A stretch of DNA of 64,000 bases from Candidatus Iainarchaeum sp. (GCA_043808155.1 JAZDFD010000026.1:19817-83816), one strand, 5' to 3'; shown: positions 38,790-47,097, numbered from the stretch's first letter. The notes: generated by a model not told the origin, from the letters alone. Made by a program: numbers and translations.

Positions 38790-40062
38790 GTTAATTTTGG
38801 GGTGTGCAAACAACAACCTGCCTGCAAATGAAAGCACAGATGATAATAATGGTTTAGATGTGCCTGATAACACTCAGGACACAACAGATACAGAACCTGA
38901 TGAAGTAATTCCTGATGTAGAACCAGTGCCTAATATTTTTATTGATGCAAGTACTCCAAGCGGACCTTATAATGAAGGCGATGAATTTGATATTGAATAT
39001 ACTGTAGAAAATATTGGGGACACTATCAAAGGATACATTGTTAGTGTTTGTGAAAAAGCAGGATTTGAAGCAAAGTGCAGAACAAAAACAGTGAAAGATA
39101 TAGGCACTCATAATTCATCATTAGTTAATTGTGATTTTACGGAAGAAGATGCAATTTGCGATGAAGAAACATTAGGCACTAATGGAATATACACTTATTC
39201 AGTTTTAGTTTATGATTGTGCAGATTTAGAAGACGCAACTGACATGGACTGTTCAGAAGTGGAAAAATCTGCAATTCCTGAAAGTGTTGAACCATTAAAA
39301 ACATTTGAAAAAGAAATTGAAGTTGGCGGGGAATCAAATGATGATGAAGACTCTGATACGGATTCAGATAGTGGAACTACACAAGGTGCCATAACCGACT
39401 TCCGAACAATTGACCCAAACTGGAAATGTAATTTTATAATGGATTCAGAAGACCCAACAGATATTTGGAGATATTCAAAGTTAGATACAGATATTAGCAT
39501 TGCATGTGGTAAGGCAATCTTAATTCAGGAAACAGTAAATCAGCCTCTGAGACCAGTATATAATATTTCATTTAATTATAGTGATACTTTCTCCGCACAA
39601 TATGCAGGTAATGGTGAAATTATAATCAGTCACTTGGGAACTGCACAGTCTGCATTCAAAGATGTTTTAATTCATGAATTAACACACAGTGCATTAGACG
39701 AAATCCCATTGCCAGTCTGGTTTGAAGAAGGAATTGCCGAAAGAATGGTTGATTTAGTCAATGAGCAAGACACATCACTTTGGCGAGTTTACATAAAAGA
39801 TATTGAAACATTAGATCCTTTTGATACTGGTGATGGAGTAGATAATTCAATTAATTATCGATATGCAAATTATACTGTAAAGAAATTTGTTGAAAAATAC
39901 GGGTATGATGCATTAAGAGAGACTATTCAATTTGTTAAAGATGAACAGGAATGGGGAAACATAAACAAAAGAAACCAAGTTCTTGTTAATGCAGCAATTG
40001 ACGCCACTGGCGATTCTTCAATCACACTAGATAAATTAGCTTATCCAAAAAACTACGAATAA
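38755..40062 (+). CDS. lipoprotein with peptidase-MA-like HExxH ... WFEEG motif
   Basis: MRKIFLLLIISLLILGC lipobox. LIHELTHSAL followed by PVWFEEGIAERM matches the zinc-metallopeptidase MA-clan pattern. Confidence 0.65.
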   Translation: MRKIFLLLIISLLILGCANNNLPANESTDDNNGLDVPDNTQDTTDTEPDEVIPDVEPVPNIFIDASTPSGPYNEGDEFDIEYTVENIGDTIKGYIVSVCEKAGFEAKCRTKTVKDIGTHNSSLVNCDFTEEDAICDEETLGTNGIYTYSVLVYDCADLEDATDMDCSEVEKSAIPESVEPLKTFEKEIEVGGESNDDEDSDTDSDSGTTQGAITDFRTIDPNWKCNFIMDSEDPTDIWRYSKLDTDISIACGKAILIQETVNQPLRPVYNISFNYSDTFSAQYAGNGEIIISHLGTAQSAFKDVLIHELTHSALDEIPLPVWFEEGIAERMVDLVNEQDTSLWRVYIKDIETLDPFDTGDGVDNSINYRYANYTVKKFVEKYGYDALRETIQFVKDEQEWGNINKRNQVLVNAAIDATGDSSITLDKLAYPKNYE

Positions 40063-40111
40063 TTCAGAAACTGTTCAAAAAAGTTCAGAGAATTTAGAGA
40101 AAAGTGATACA

Positions 40112-40312
40112 ATGAAATGTGCAAAGTGCGGTAAACCTGCAACTAAATATAATTCAAATCAAATTCCTGTTTGCTCTAAACACACTAAAGAAAAAATTAC
40201 TGCCCCTAAATGCCCTAACTGCAAATTAGAAATGATAATCAGACAGGGAAAATATGGTGCTTTCTGGGGCTGCAAAGCTTTCCCAATGTGTGACGGGATT
40301 TCTAAAATTTGA
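40112..40312 (+). CDS. small zinc-finger protein (topoisomerase-type C4 zinc ribbon)
   Basis: 66 aa. CAKCG...C and CPNC...GKYGAFWGCKAFPMCDG resemble zf-C4_Topoisom. Confidence 0.6.
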   Translation: MKCAKCGKPATKYNSNQIPVCSKHTKEKITAPKCPNCKLEMIIRQGKYGAFWGCKAFPMCDGISKI

Positions 40313-40314
40313 AA

Positions 40315-40668
40315 TTAGGGATTTTCTTTAAGAAATTTTGCCAAAGCATCCCTTCTTTTTCTGTATTCTTTTTCCATGTCTTTTTCTATAGGGCTGTCAG
40401 GATCTCCAAGTTCCATTTTTAACCATTTATTCAATTCATTCAAATGTATTTTTAACTGCCCTTTGCTAACTGCATTGAGTTTGTGCGTATCCATTGACTC
40501 TGCAATTTCTCCTGCAACCGTTTGGGCAATTTGTCGTTTGTCTGAAATGTGAAATCCGTGTCTATAATTCAAAGAATCAATAACATACTGCGGAAGTCCT
40601 GTCCTTGGTTTTGCGTTTGGTAAGTTTCTTTTGTTTGTTGGTCTTTTTGGTCCAGCCATATCAATCAC
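40315..40668 (-). CDS. hypothetical basic protein (orphan)
   Basis: 117-aa ORF; no recognised motif. Confidence 0.45.
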   Translation of the reverse strand: MIDMAGPKRPTNKRNLPNAKPRTGLPQYVIDSLNYRHGFHISDKRQIAQTVAGEIAESMDTHKLNAVSKGQLKIHLNELNKWLKMELGDPDSPIEKDMEKEYRKRRDALAKFLKENP

Positions 40669-40812
40669 TAAAATTATTGTTTTTGATATTTTTAAAGTTA
40701 TTGATTACTTTGCTTCTGCTTTTGAATTGTAGATATTTGACTAAGATATAAGCAAAATAAAATAAAAAAATAAAAAATAGGTTACTGGTTTTAAACAAAT
40801 AATTGATTAAAA

Positions 40813-41001
40813 TTAGTAATTGCTGTCTCGTGAGGAATAATTTCCTCTTGAAGGTTTTTTGTGTTTTTGGTAGCATTCTCTACAGTACACAGGTCTTGTT
40901 CCGTCAGGCTTGAAAGGGACTTCTGTGTCCTTTCCGCATTCTGAGCAAGTTACTGTGAATGTTGATCTGCCAAATTGGTCTTTACTCATAATTTTTTTCA
41001 C
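40813..41001 (-). CDS. small CxxC...CxxC zinc-ribbon protein
   Basis: 62 aa. CSECGKDTEVPFKPDGTRPVYCRECY. Confidence 0.55.
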   Translation of the reverse strand: MKKIMSKDQFGRSTFTVTCSECGKDTEVPFKPDGTRPVYCRECYQKHKKPSRGNYSSRDSNY

Positions 41002-41173
41002 GTTTTTTATATTATAATCAATCCCCGTATTGTGAGGAAAGATTAGATATTACTCCTATAAGGGGTTTATAAAGGTACCTTATGGGTTTTAGCGTAATTA
41101 CAACTAAAAAGCGCAAGCTTCACCTCAGAATATAACACAGGCATTTAAAAAAAGAAAATGTAATATTTAAACA

Positions 41174-42097
41174 ATGCCTAAAAAAAAGAAAGATGTACAT
41201 TTTGGATTTAAAGCGCATACTGGGGGCGAAACTTTTGGATTTTCAGACCGCCCATCTAAAAAAACTAAAACTGTAATTTTTGAAGAGAGCAAAGGCTGGA
41301 AAGGATCAGAAGGACCATATGCTATTGAAGATTTGCCCAGTTCGGATGAGGGGTTAAGTGAATTTCAAAGAACTCAAAAACAATATATGCTAAATGCTTT
41401 AGAAGATGGCAAAAAAATAATGGCAGCAGAAACTATTTTTGATAAAAAAAGAATGAAACAATATGTTCAAGTTAGTAAAAAACTGGAACTTGCACAGCAA
41501 AAATTTCATAGTACTCCGAATTTACAAAATGCAAAAGAATTTTTCAGAGCAACTGCAGAATATCACAAATTAAGACACAAAGTAATTCGTGAAACTGTTC
41601 ACAGAGAAGAAAAACCATTAGAAGCCCCTCATTTTGGATCAATGCATTCATTACTTTTAAAAGAATTAAGAAAAGAAGAAATTGATACAAGTTATGAGGG
41701 CGAACCAATGCTATGCAATTGGCAGGATTTTATCGTTAGGAAAATGCTTATAGGCGAAAAAAGCGCCAAAGTAACAGAAACAGAGTACAAAAGAGCGTAT
41801 GTTTCCTATTGTATGCTATATGATTCAGCAGTATTTAGTGCACTTGTTGGGCAAAAAGGCAAACCAGTTAACAATAAACAATTAACATTCAAATCATTAG
41901 CAGACAGAGTTTTAATAGGAAATCTAAGTGAAATCCAACTTGATAAAATAATAAACTCAGGAAATTTTAGACTTGTTTTTGAATATAATGGTCTTTCGGG
42001 CACCCCAACACGAAAAGATATTGAAAAATTTTTAGATAAACATTCTACGTTTTGGAAACGTCAAAAAATAATCACAGGAAAAGAAAACCCTTTTTAG
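41174..42097 (+). CDS. hypothetical protein (orphan)
   Basis: 307-aa ORF; N-terminus MPKKKKDVHF; no recognised motif. Confidence 0.5.
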   Translation: MPKKKKDVHFGFKAHTGGETFGFSDRPSKKTKTVIFEESKGWKGSEGPYAIEDLPSSDEGLSEFQRTQKQYMLNALEDGKKIMAAETIFDKKRMKQYVQVSKKLELAQQKFHSTPNLQNAKEFFRATAEYHKLRHKVIRETVHREEKPLEAPHFGSMHSLLLKELRKEEIDTSYEGEPMLCNWQDFIVRKMLIGEKSAKVTETEYKRAYVSYCMLYDSAVFSALVGQKGKPVNNKQLTFKSLADRVLIGNLSEIQLDKIINSGNFRLVFEYNGLSGTPTRKDIEKFLDKHSTFWKRQKIITGKENPF

Positions 42098-42115
42098 AAT
42101 TAAAAAATAAAAATA

Positions 42116-42379
42116 TCAAATTTTTCTTAACCATTGTAAATATTGTTTGTGGTTGCCTGCAAACATTATTCGTCTATTGTTATTTTGTTCTTCAAAACAA
42201 ATTCTGTGTTGCCCTGCTTCAACAACAAAAAAAGGGAATCCGTGTCTCAAATGTCTTGCAGTTTTTAATGTTTTAAGACTTTGGATTTTTTTCCATATTT
42301 TATGTTTTTCTGATTTGTCAAATTTTAAGAAAAATTTATCCCAACCCTCAACAAATTCTAAGTTAAACAAGTTAATCAC
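42116..42379 (-). CDS. RelE/ParE-superfamily-like toxin (TA pair 2)
   Basis: 87 aa. RHLRHGFPFF and NHKQYLQWLRKI are paralogous to the toxin at 36069-36329. Abuts the antitoxin gene. Confidence 0.65.
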   Translation of the reverse strand: MINLFNLEFVEGWDKFFLKFDKSEKHKIWKKIQSLKTLKTARHLRHGFPFFVVEAGQHRICFEEQNNNRRIMFAGNHKQYLQWLRKI

Positions 42380-42643
42380 TTAGAATCCATATTTTTTCTT
42401 TACACTTGCTTCGTTAAACACTTTGCGTTTCTTAGATTTGACATCTTTAGAAATTTTCTGCATTTTTTTCAGAGCAAGTTCATCTTCCAAATCCTTCAAA
42501 TCTTTAAATACTTTATATTTCTCTCCAAGTTCAAGAATACCAGCTCTAATAATTTCACTTTTATTTTTGTACAAACCGCTTTTAGAAAGCCTATCCAATA
42601 TCACTTCTTGACTTCCTTCAAGTCTAACCAGTGTTTCACTCAA
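42380..42643 (-). CDS. ribbon-helix-helix antitoxin (TA pair 2)
   Basis: 87 aa. TLVRLEGSQEVILDRLSKSGLYKNKSEIIRAGIL is an RHH pattern. Confidence 0.65.
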   Translation of the reverse strand: MSETLVRLEGSQEVILDRLSKSGLYKNKSEIIRAGILELGEKYKVFKDLKDLEDELALKKMQKISKDVKSKKRKVFNEASVKKKYGF

Positions 42644-42706
42644 AAATAATCACCTATCATAATGATATACAAAGAAATATTTAAAGATATCGATTCAAAA
42701 ATAAAA

Positions 42707-42790
42707 CGCAAGGGACGAGATTCGAACTCGCGCTTCCCGAAGGAAACGGGCTTAGCAGGCCCGCGCATTAAACCACTCTGCCACCCTTGC
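42707..42790 (-). tRNA. tRNA-Ser(GCT), class II, no intron
   Basis: Minus strand reads GCAAGGG TG GCAGAGTGGTTTAATGC G CGGGC CTGCTAA GCCCG TTTCCTTCGGGAAG(C) GCGAG TTCGAAT CTCGT CCCTTGC G. Confidence 0.9.
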
Positions 42791-42798
42791 ACAACCCG

Positions 42799-42926
42799 AT
42801 TGCGTACGGGTACTCCGCGTGCCATTTTCAATGGCACTGTCATCATTTCTGATTGCGTAGATTGGATCCGCAATTCCGCAATGCAATATGTGTGAGTTTT
42901 CGTTTGACTCAAACCCACGATAATAT
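42799..42926 (+). ncRNA. GC-rich structured region: three-way-junction-like fold (42799-42882) plus the fourth copy of the core hairpin module (42886-42926)
   Basis: ATTGCG occurs twice (42799, 42852) and CGCAAT twice (42869, 42877), giving nested helices. There is a 7-bp hairpin GTGCCAT/ATGGCAC. ATATGTGTGAGTTTTCGTTTGACTCAAACCCACGATAATAT is about 85% identical to the tRNA-Glu intron core. The strand is assigned by homology and is antisense to the tRNA-Ser leader. Confidence 0.4.
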
Positions 42927-42968
42927 ATCATAAATTAGAGAAACTAATATAAAACGCGCCTAAGCTTA

Positions 42969-43094
42969 TTACTTCAAAAGTCTGTTTTGTCTGTTATGTG
43001 CCTGCTGAGTGTTATGAGGCCATTTAACCTTCGGAATTGCAAACTCTGAACCGCGTTTCTTTTTCATTCCTGTCCATAAATCACTGAATGCCAT
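42969..43094 (-). CDS. small basic protein, 41 aa (below the ORF-track cutoff)
   Basis: Own translation: MAFSDLWTGMKKKRGSEFAIPKVKWPHNTQQAHNRQNRLLK*. TTTAAA at 43118-43123 lies about 29 nt upstream of the ATG, a leaderless-type spacing. Confidence 0.35.
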   Translation of the reverse strand: MAFSDLWTGMKKKRGSEFAIPKVKWPHNTQQAHNRQNRLLK

Positions 43095-43136
43095 ATTAAT
43101 ATTGTATATTATGATTATTTAAAAATAGCGTGAGAA

Positions 43137-43277
43137 TTACACTGACATCTTTTTTTTCTTTCGTCCAGAACGAGCTTTTAATTTTTCTTCCCAATCTGGT
43201 CCGAGAATTAATGAATTGAAAGGATGCGCAATTGCTTTTGCAAATCTTTTGTGAATTGGTTCTCTTGGCTTAGGCAT
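43137..43277 (-). CDS. small basic protein, 46 aa (below the ORF-track cutoff)
   Basis: Own translation: MPKPREPIHKRFAKAIAHPFNSLILGPDWEEKLKARSGRKKKKMSV*. TTTAAA at 43302-43307 lies about 30 nt upstream of the ATG. Confidence 0.35.
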   Translation of the reverse strand: MPKPREPIHKRFAKAIAHPFNSLILGPDWEEKLKARSGRKKKKMSV

Positions 43278-43335
43278 AATAGAAATTAAGTCATAGATGT
43301 ATTTAAAACTGTCGTTAAAAAACTAAAAAAAGAAA

Positions 43336-43407
43336 CGCCTTGGCCAGGATTCGGACCTGGGACCCTCCGGTTAACAGCCGAATGCTCTACCGCTAAGCTA
43401 CCAAGGC
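43336..43407 (-). tRNA. tRNA-Asn(GTT), with an unusual T-loop TCCGAAT
   Basis: Minus strand reads GCCTTGG TA GCTT AGCGGTA GAGC A TTCGG CTGTTAA CCGGA GGGTC CCAGG TCCGAAT CCTGG CCAAGGC G. TTTAAA lies 40 nt upstream and a T-run follows downstream. Confidence 0.85.
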
Positions 43408-43661
43408 AGAAAAAGTTTACAGAATAATTGTCGGTAAATTATTTAAAAGCACGTGTTGCATAAGCAATGAAAATATACATTAGAATGCAATGTTAAAACA
43501 CTCATTCCCCAGACTTATGAAATTCCATCTTTAAACACTGGTTTGCAAATCAAACCTGAAAAACCATATTCTGCACTTAATAAAGTTAAAAAAGCCCAGA
43601 TTACGCTTTTTTTCAATTTTTTTACTGGTTAAGGCACTTAACAATATGAATTTTGATAGTA

Positions 43662-43733
43662 TTGTGTTATATTGAATTATACATAATAAACAGAGTGTTA
43701 TAAGTGCTTATTTAGAGCATTTGAGTGTTATAA
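43662..43733 (+). promoter_or_regulatory. three phased GTGTTATA(A) repeats upstream of ftsZ
   Basis: GTGTTATA occurs at 43664, 43695 and 43725 (spacing 31 and 30 nt). The last two share the 11-mer GAGTGTTATAA. They lie in a 416-nt AT-rich intergenic region. Confidence 0.3.
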
Positions 43734-43831
43734 TTCTCCTATACATAAAAAGGAACCTATATTAAGGAGTTTAGGGGTTATATATTAGCATAAATTAATT
43801 TTATTGATTTATAACGAAGGGGTGAGATTAG

Positions 43832-44956
43832 ATGAAATCAGTTATTGAAAGTGCAATGGACAAAGAAACTAAGAAAGAAGAAGATAGACTCGAAGATTTC
43901 GGAACTCCAAAGATTATGGTTATTGGAGCCGGTGGGGCAGGATGTAATGCTGTTAACAGACTAGCAAATATGGGTATTTCGGGTGCCCAGCTGGTTGGAG
44001 TAAACACAGATAAACAACACCTTGCAATAATCAACGATGAGCTAACCAAAATTCTCATTGGTAAGGCAGTTACCAGAGGATTAGGTGCAGGGGGCTACCC
44101 TGAAATAGGTGCTAAAGCAGCAGAAGTTTCAAGAGCTGCATTAGAGGAAGTTTTAAGCGACGTTGATATGCTTTTCATTTCAGCAGGTATGGGCGGAGGA
44201 ACAGGAACAGGTGCAGCACCAATAATTGCAGGAATCGCAAAAGAACAGGGTGCAATTGTAATCTCAATTGTTACTTATCCGTTTGCATTAGAAAAAGCAA
44301 GATTAATCAAAGCAGAAGAAGGAATTGAAGCATTAAGACAATATTCAGATACTGTTGTTGTAATTGATAACAACAGATTAGTTGAATTAGTTCCTAACTT
44401 GCCAATTCAGGATGCATTCAAAGTTGCAGATGAAGTAATTGCAAGAACTGTAAGGGGAATTACAGAAACAATTACTCAGCCATCATTAATCAACTTAGAT
44501 TACGCAGATGTGAGATCAGTTATGAGCAACAGGGGATTAAGTGTAATCGCAGTTGGTGAATCAAAAAGTGTAGACAAAGTAAACGAAGTTGTTGAAGACA
44601 CATTGAAGAATGCTTTGCTTGATGTTGACATTGGCGGAGCAACTGGTGCATTAATCCACATTACAGGCGGACCTGAATTAACTTTAGGTGAAGCAAACGC
44701 TGTTGGTGAAATGTTAACAGAAAGAATTGACCCTAAAGCAGCAGTTATCTGGGGTGCAAGAGTTGACCCAACCTTTGAGAATAAGATTGAAGTAATAACA
44801 ATCTTCACAGGTGTAAGTTCACCATACATCAAAGGTCCAGCTTCAGACGCTGCAGGTTCAAGCAAGTCAAGATATGGTTCAAGCTCAAAATACGGTTCAC
44901 GCAATGACTACGGCTCAAGAAGCAATAGCGACTTAGATTTGGATTTCGTAAGATAA
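43832..44956 (+). CDS. ftsZ: cell division GTPase FtsZ
   Basis: 374 aa. GAGGAGCNAVNRL and GMGGGTGTGAAPIIA (tubulin signature). Confidence 0.92.
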   Translation: MKSVIESAMDKETKKEEDRLEDFGTPKIMVIGAGGAGCNAVNRLANMGISGAQLVGVNTDKQHLAIINDELTKILIGKAVTRGLGAGGYPEIGAKAAEVSRAALEEVLSDVDMLFISAGMGGGTGTGAAPIIAGIAKEQGAIVISIVTYPFALEKARLIKAEEGIEALRQYSDTVVVIDNNRLVELVPNLPIQDAFKVADEVIARTVRGITETITQPSLINLDYADVRSVMSNRGLSVIAVGESKSVDKVNEVVEDTLKNALLDVDIGGATGALIHITGGPELTLGEANAVGEMLTERIDPKAAVIWGARVDPTFENKIEVITIFTGVSSPYIKGPASDAAGSSKSRYGSSSKYGSRNDYGSRSNSDLDLDFVR

Positions 44957-44995
44957 ATCCAATTCTTCTTTTTCTTTTTTTTATTTATTTTTATT

Positions 44996-46435
44996 TCACA
45001 AAAACAGCGGAAGCGCATTTATCAAAAGCAAAAGAACAATAATTGCAAGTGATACACGTCGGATTGCTTTATCTGCATCTTCATCTGAAAGATTCAAAAA
45101 ACCAATGTATGGCAAAACCATTATTTTCAGAATCCTTCCGCCATCAAATGGTTCTAAGGGTAAGAAATTAACAATTGCAACTAAGAAACTCAAAATGAAA
45201 AACCAATTAATGAAACTGTTTAATGGCGAAGCAACTGCTTTGTAAAGTTCAAAATCCTCAGGCGGAATATAATCTTCGTTTTGTTTATCTTTGATCTGGA
45301 AACCAAGATAATTTAATTTTCCTTCAGGTTTGATATTGAATATTTCAGTAGTGCCGTCTTCTTTTTCCATTGTCAGAGTAAATTCTTCAGTTTTAAAACG
45401 AGAAATTATAGTGGCAGCCTGCGTTGCAGAGGAAACCTTCTGCCCATTCACCTCACGAAGAAGCATACCTTCTTCTAATTTCCCAAATGCAGGAGCTTTT
45501 AAAATATCTCCACAGAAATCAAATTCTTCCTCTACACTGGAAACAACAATTCCTTCATAACCTTCGGCCTTAATTTCATTAAGCCAAGGATCAATCATTG
45601 GTTTTTGAATTGCAATTAAAAAGACTAATACCAAAACAAGAACTGCAAACATTGTGAAAAGATTTGCCATTGGACCTGCAGCAAAAACTTTCAGTGCTTT
45701 TATTGGTTCTGCTTTTTTCACTTCTTCCTCATCAGGTTCTACAAATGCCCCTATTGGGAGAATTCCCAAAAGTAAAAGCCCGCCGGATTTTATTTTCAAT
45801 CCAACACGCCTCAAAACAACTCCGTGCATACCTTCATGTAAAATTAAAATAATCAATAACGAAAGCCAGCCGTGCAATGGAACAACAACAGGCATGTTTG
45901 GTATTTCAACACCGGGAATTAATGGTGCAACTCCAGGACATACCTGTCCACCAGTTCCCTGTGCAACATTTGTCATTATATAAATCGCATAACCAAAAAG
46001 CGAAAATACAATAAATCCTGCAAAACCAAAAAATGCAAAACTCAGAGACAAATGAAGTGCATATTCTGAAATAAATGGATTTGAAAGCATCAGTAAAAAG
46101 AAATTTTCATAAATAAAATACAAAATACCTGCACTAATCAGAAACAAAGGCAATCTAATCCAAATTTTCCTGCCTCTGCCATACATATAATCTACAGCAA
46201 AAGCACCAAAACCAAAAACTAAGCCAATTCTTGCAAAAGCATCAATCAATCTTCCAAATACCATGAACTTATCAAGCCAGGGAATAAATTTTGTGGTTTT
46301 TATCATTGATGCAATGTAATATGTTTTTGCTTTGCCAGATCGTTTTAGAATATAGGTAGTTACTAAGCAAAAAATCAAAAACGCAAAAACCCAAAGTATC
46401 CACTCGGGAATAATCTGTGTTATATTTTCAAACAT
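44996..46435 (-). CDS. site-2 protease (M50) family intramembrane metalloprotease with PDZ-like insert
   Basis: 479 aa. HEGMHG (HExxH within a TM segment), a multi-TM body, and a C-terminal LPLEPFDGG motif. Confidence 0.8.
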   Translation of the reverse strand: MFENITQIIPEWILWVFAFLIFCLVTTYILKRSGKAKTYYIASMIKTTKFIPWLDKFMVFGRLIDAFARIGLVFGFGAFAVDYMYGRGRKIWIRLPLFLISAGILYFIYENFFLLMLSNPFISEYALHLSLSFAFFGFAGFIVFSLFGYAIYIMTNVAQGTGGQVCPGVAPLIPGVEIPNMPVVVPLHGWLSLLIILILHEGMHGVVLRRVGLKIKSGGLLLLGILPIGAFVEPDEEEVKKAEPIKALKVFAAGPMANLFTMFAVLVLVLVFLIAIQKPMIDPWLNEIKAEGYEGIVVSSVEEEFDFCGDILKAPAFGKLEEGMLLREVNGQKVSSATQAATIISRFKTEEFTLTMEKEDGTTEIFNIKPEGKLNYLGFQIKDKQNEDYIPPEDFELYKAVASPLNSFINWFFILSFLVAIVNFLPLEPFDGGRILKIMVLPYIGFLNLSDEDADKAIRRVSLAIIVLLLLINALPLFL

Positions 46436-46510
46436 TTAATCACGCAAATTTCACTGTTCATTTTGTTGTTTTCATTTTATTAGTTAGATTGTACTATTTA
46501 AAGTCGTGTT

Positions 46511-47020
46511 TTATTCGCTTTCCTTTTTACGTTTCATTTTTTTCATCAGCATATCTTCTAATGTCATTGATTCATTTTCACTGGATGAGTAATCTTCAAA
46601 ATCCTCGGCTGAAATTGTTTCCATTAATTTAATTTCGAGTATATTTTCTAACTTTTTAATTAAATTATCACTGGGTTTTAATGAACCTGATTCAAACCTA
46701 TTAACTTCTGATGCTTTAGTGTATAATAATTTACCGAGTTCCTCAATTGTCATGTTTCTTTTCTCTCTTGCTTTCCTAATTTTTTGCCCAAAATCCGAAA
46801 CTAATACATGTTCTGATTCAGGAAATTTTTTCATCTGAATTTGCGGGCGGTATTGCTGAACCTGTGATTGAGCAAATGATTTTTTTGGTTTAATATTTTC
46901 TAAAATTGGTTTTTTGTTGGTTCCATAATTTGAACAATTTTCACATGCAATCAGATCTGAACCCTCAAAATTCATTTTGAAAAATCTTCCGCGTTCAGTT
47001 CCGCAGATTTCACATTGCAT
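46511..47020 (-). CDS. mbf1: multiprotein bridging factor 1 (zinc ribbon plus XRE-type HTH)
   Basis: 169 aa. CEICG...CENC zinc ribbon, then the HTH IRKAREKRNMTIEELGKLLYTKASEVNRFESG. Confidence 0.8.
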   Translation of the reverse strand: MQCEICGTERGRFFKMNFEGSDLIACENCSNYGTNKKPILENIKPKKSFAQSQVQQYRPQIQMKKFPESEHVLVSDFGQKIRKAREKRNMTIEELGKLLYTKASEVNRFESGSLKPSDNLIKKLENILEIKLMETISAEDFEDYSSSENESMTLEDMLMKKMKRKKESE

Positions 47021-47097
47021 AATAGGTTTAAAAAGAATCTTTTTAATAAATTACCTGTATATTTAGTCATTATACTACACGCTTAAGGGTGTGAATA

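Noticed and set aside
42841-42860. Box C/D sRNA (ATGATGA on the minus strand, CTGA on the plus strand)
   Set aside because: The C-like and D-like boxes are on opposite strands and overlap. There is no matching D or C' /D' set and no terminal stem in either orientation.
42640-42918. Track ORFs 42640-42918 (-) and 42662-42895 (+)
   Set aside because: They overlap tRNA-Ser and the GC-rich structured region. There is no coding signal.
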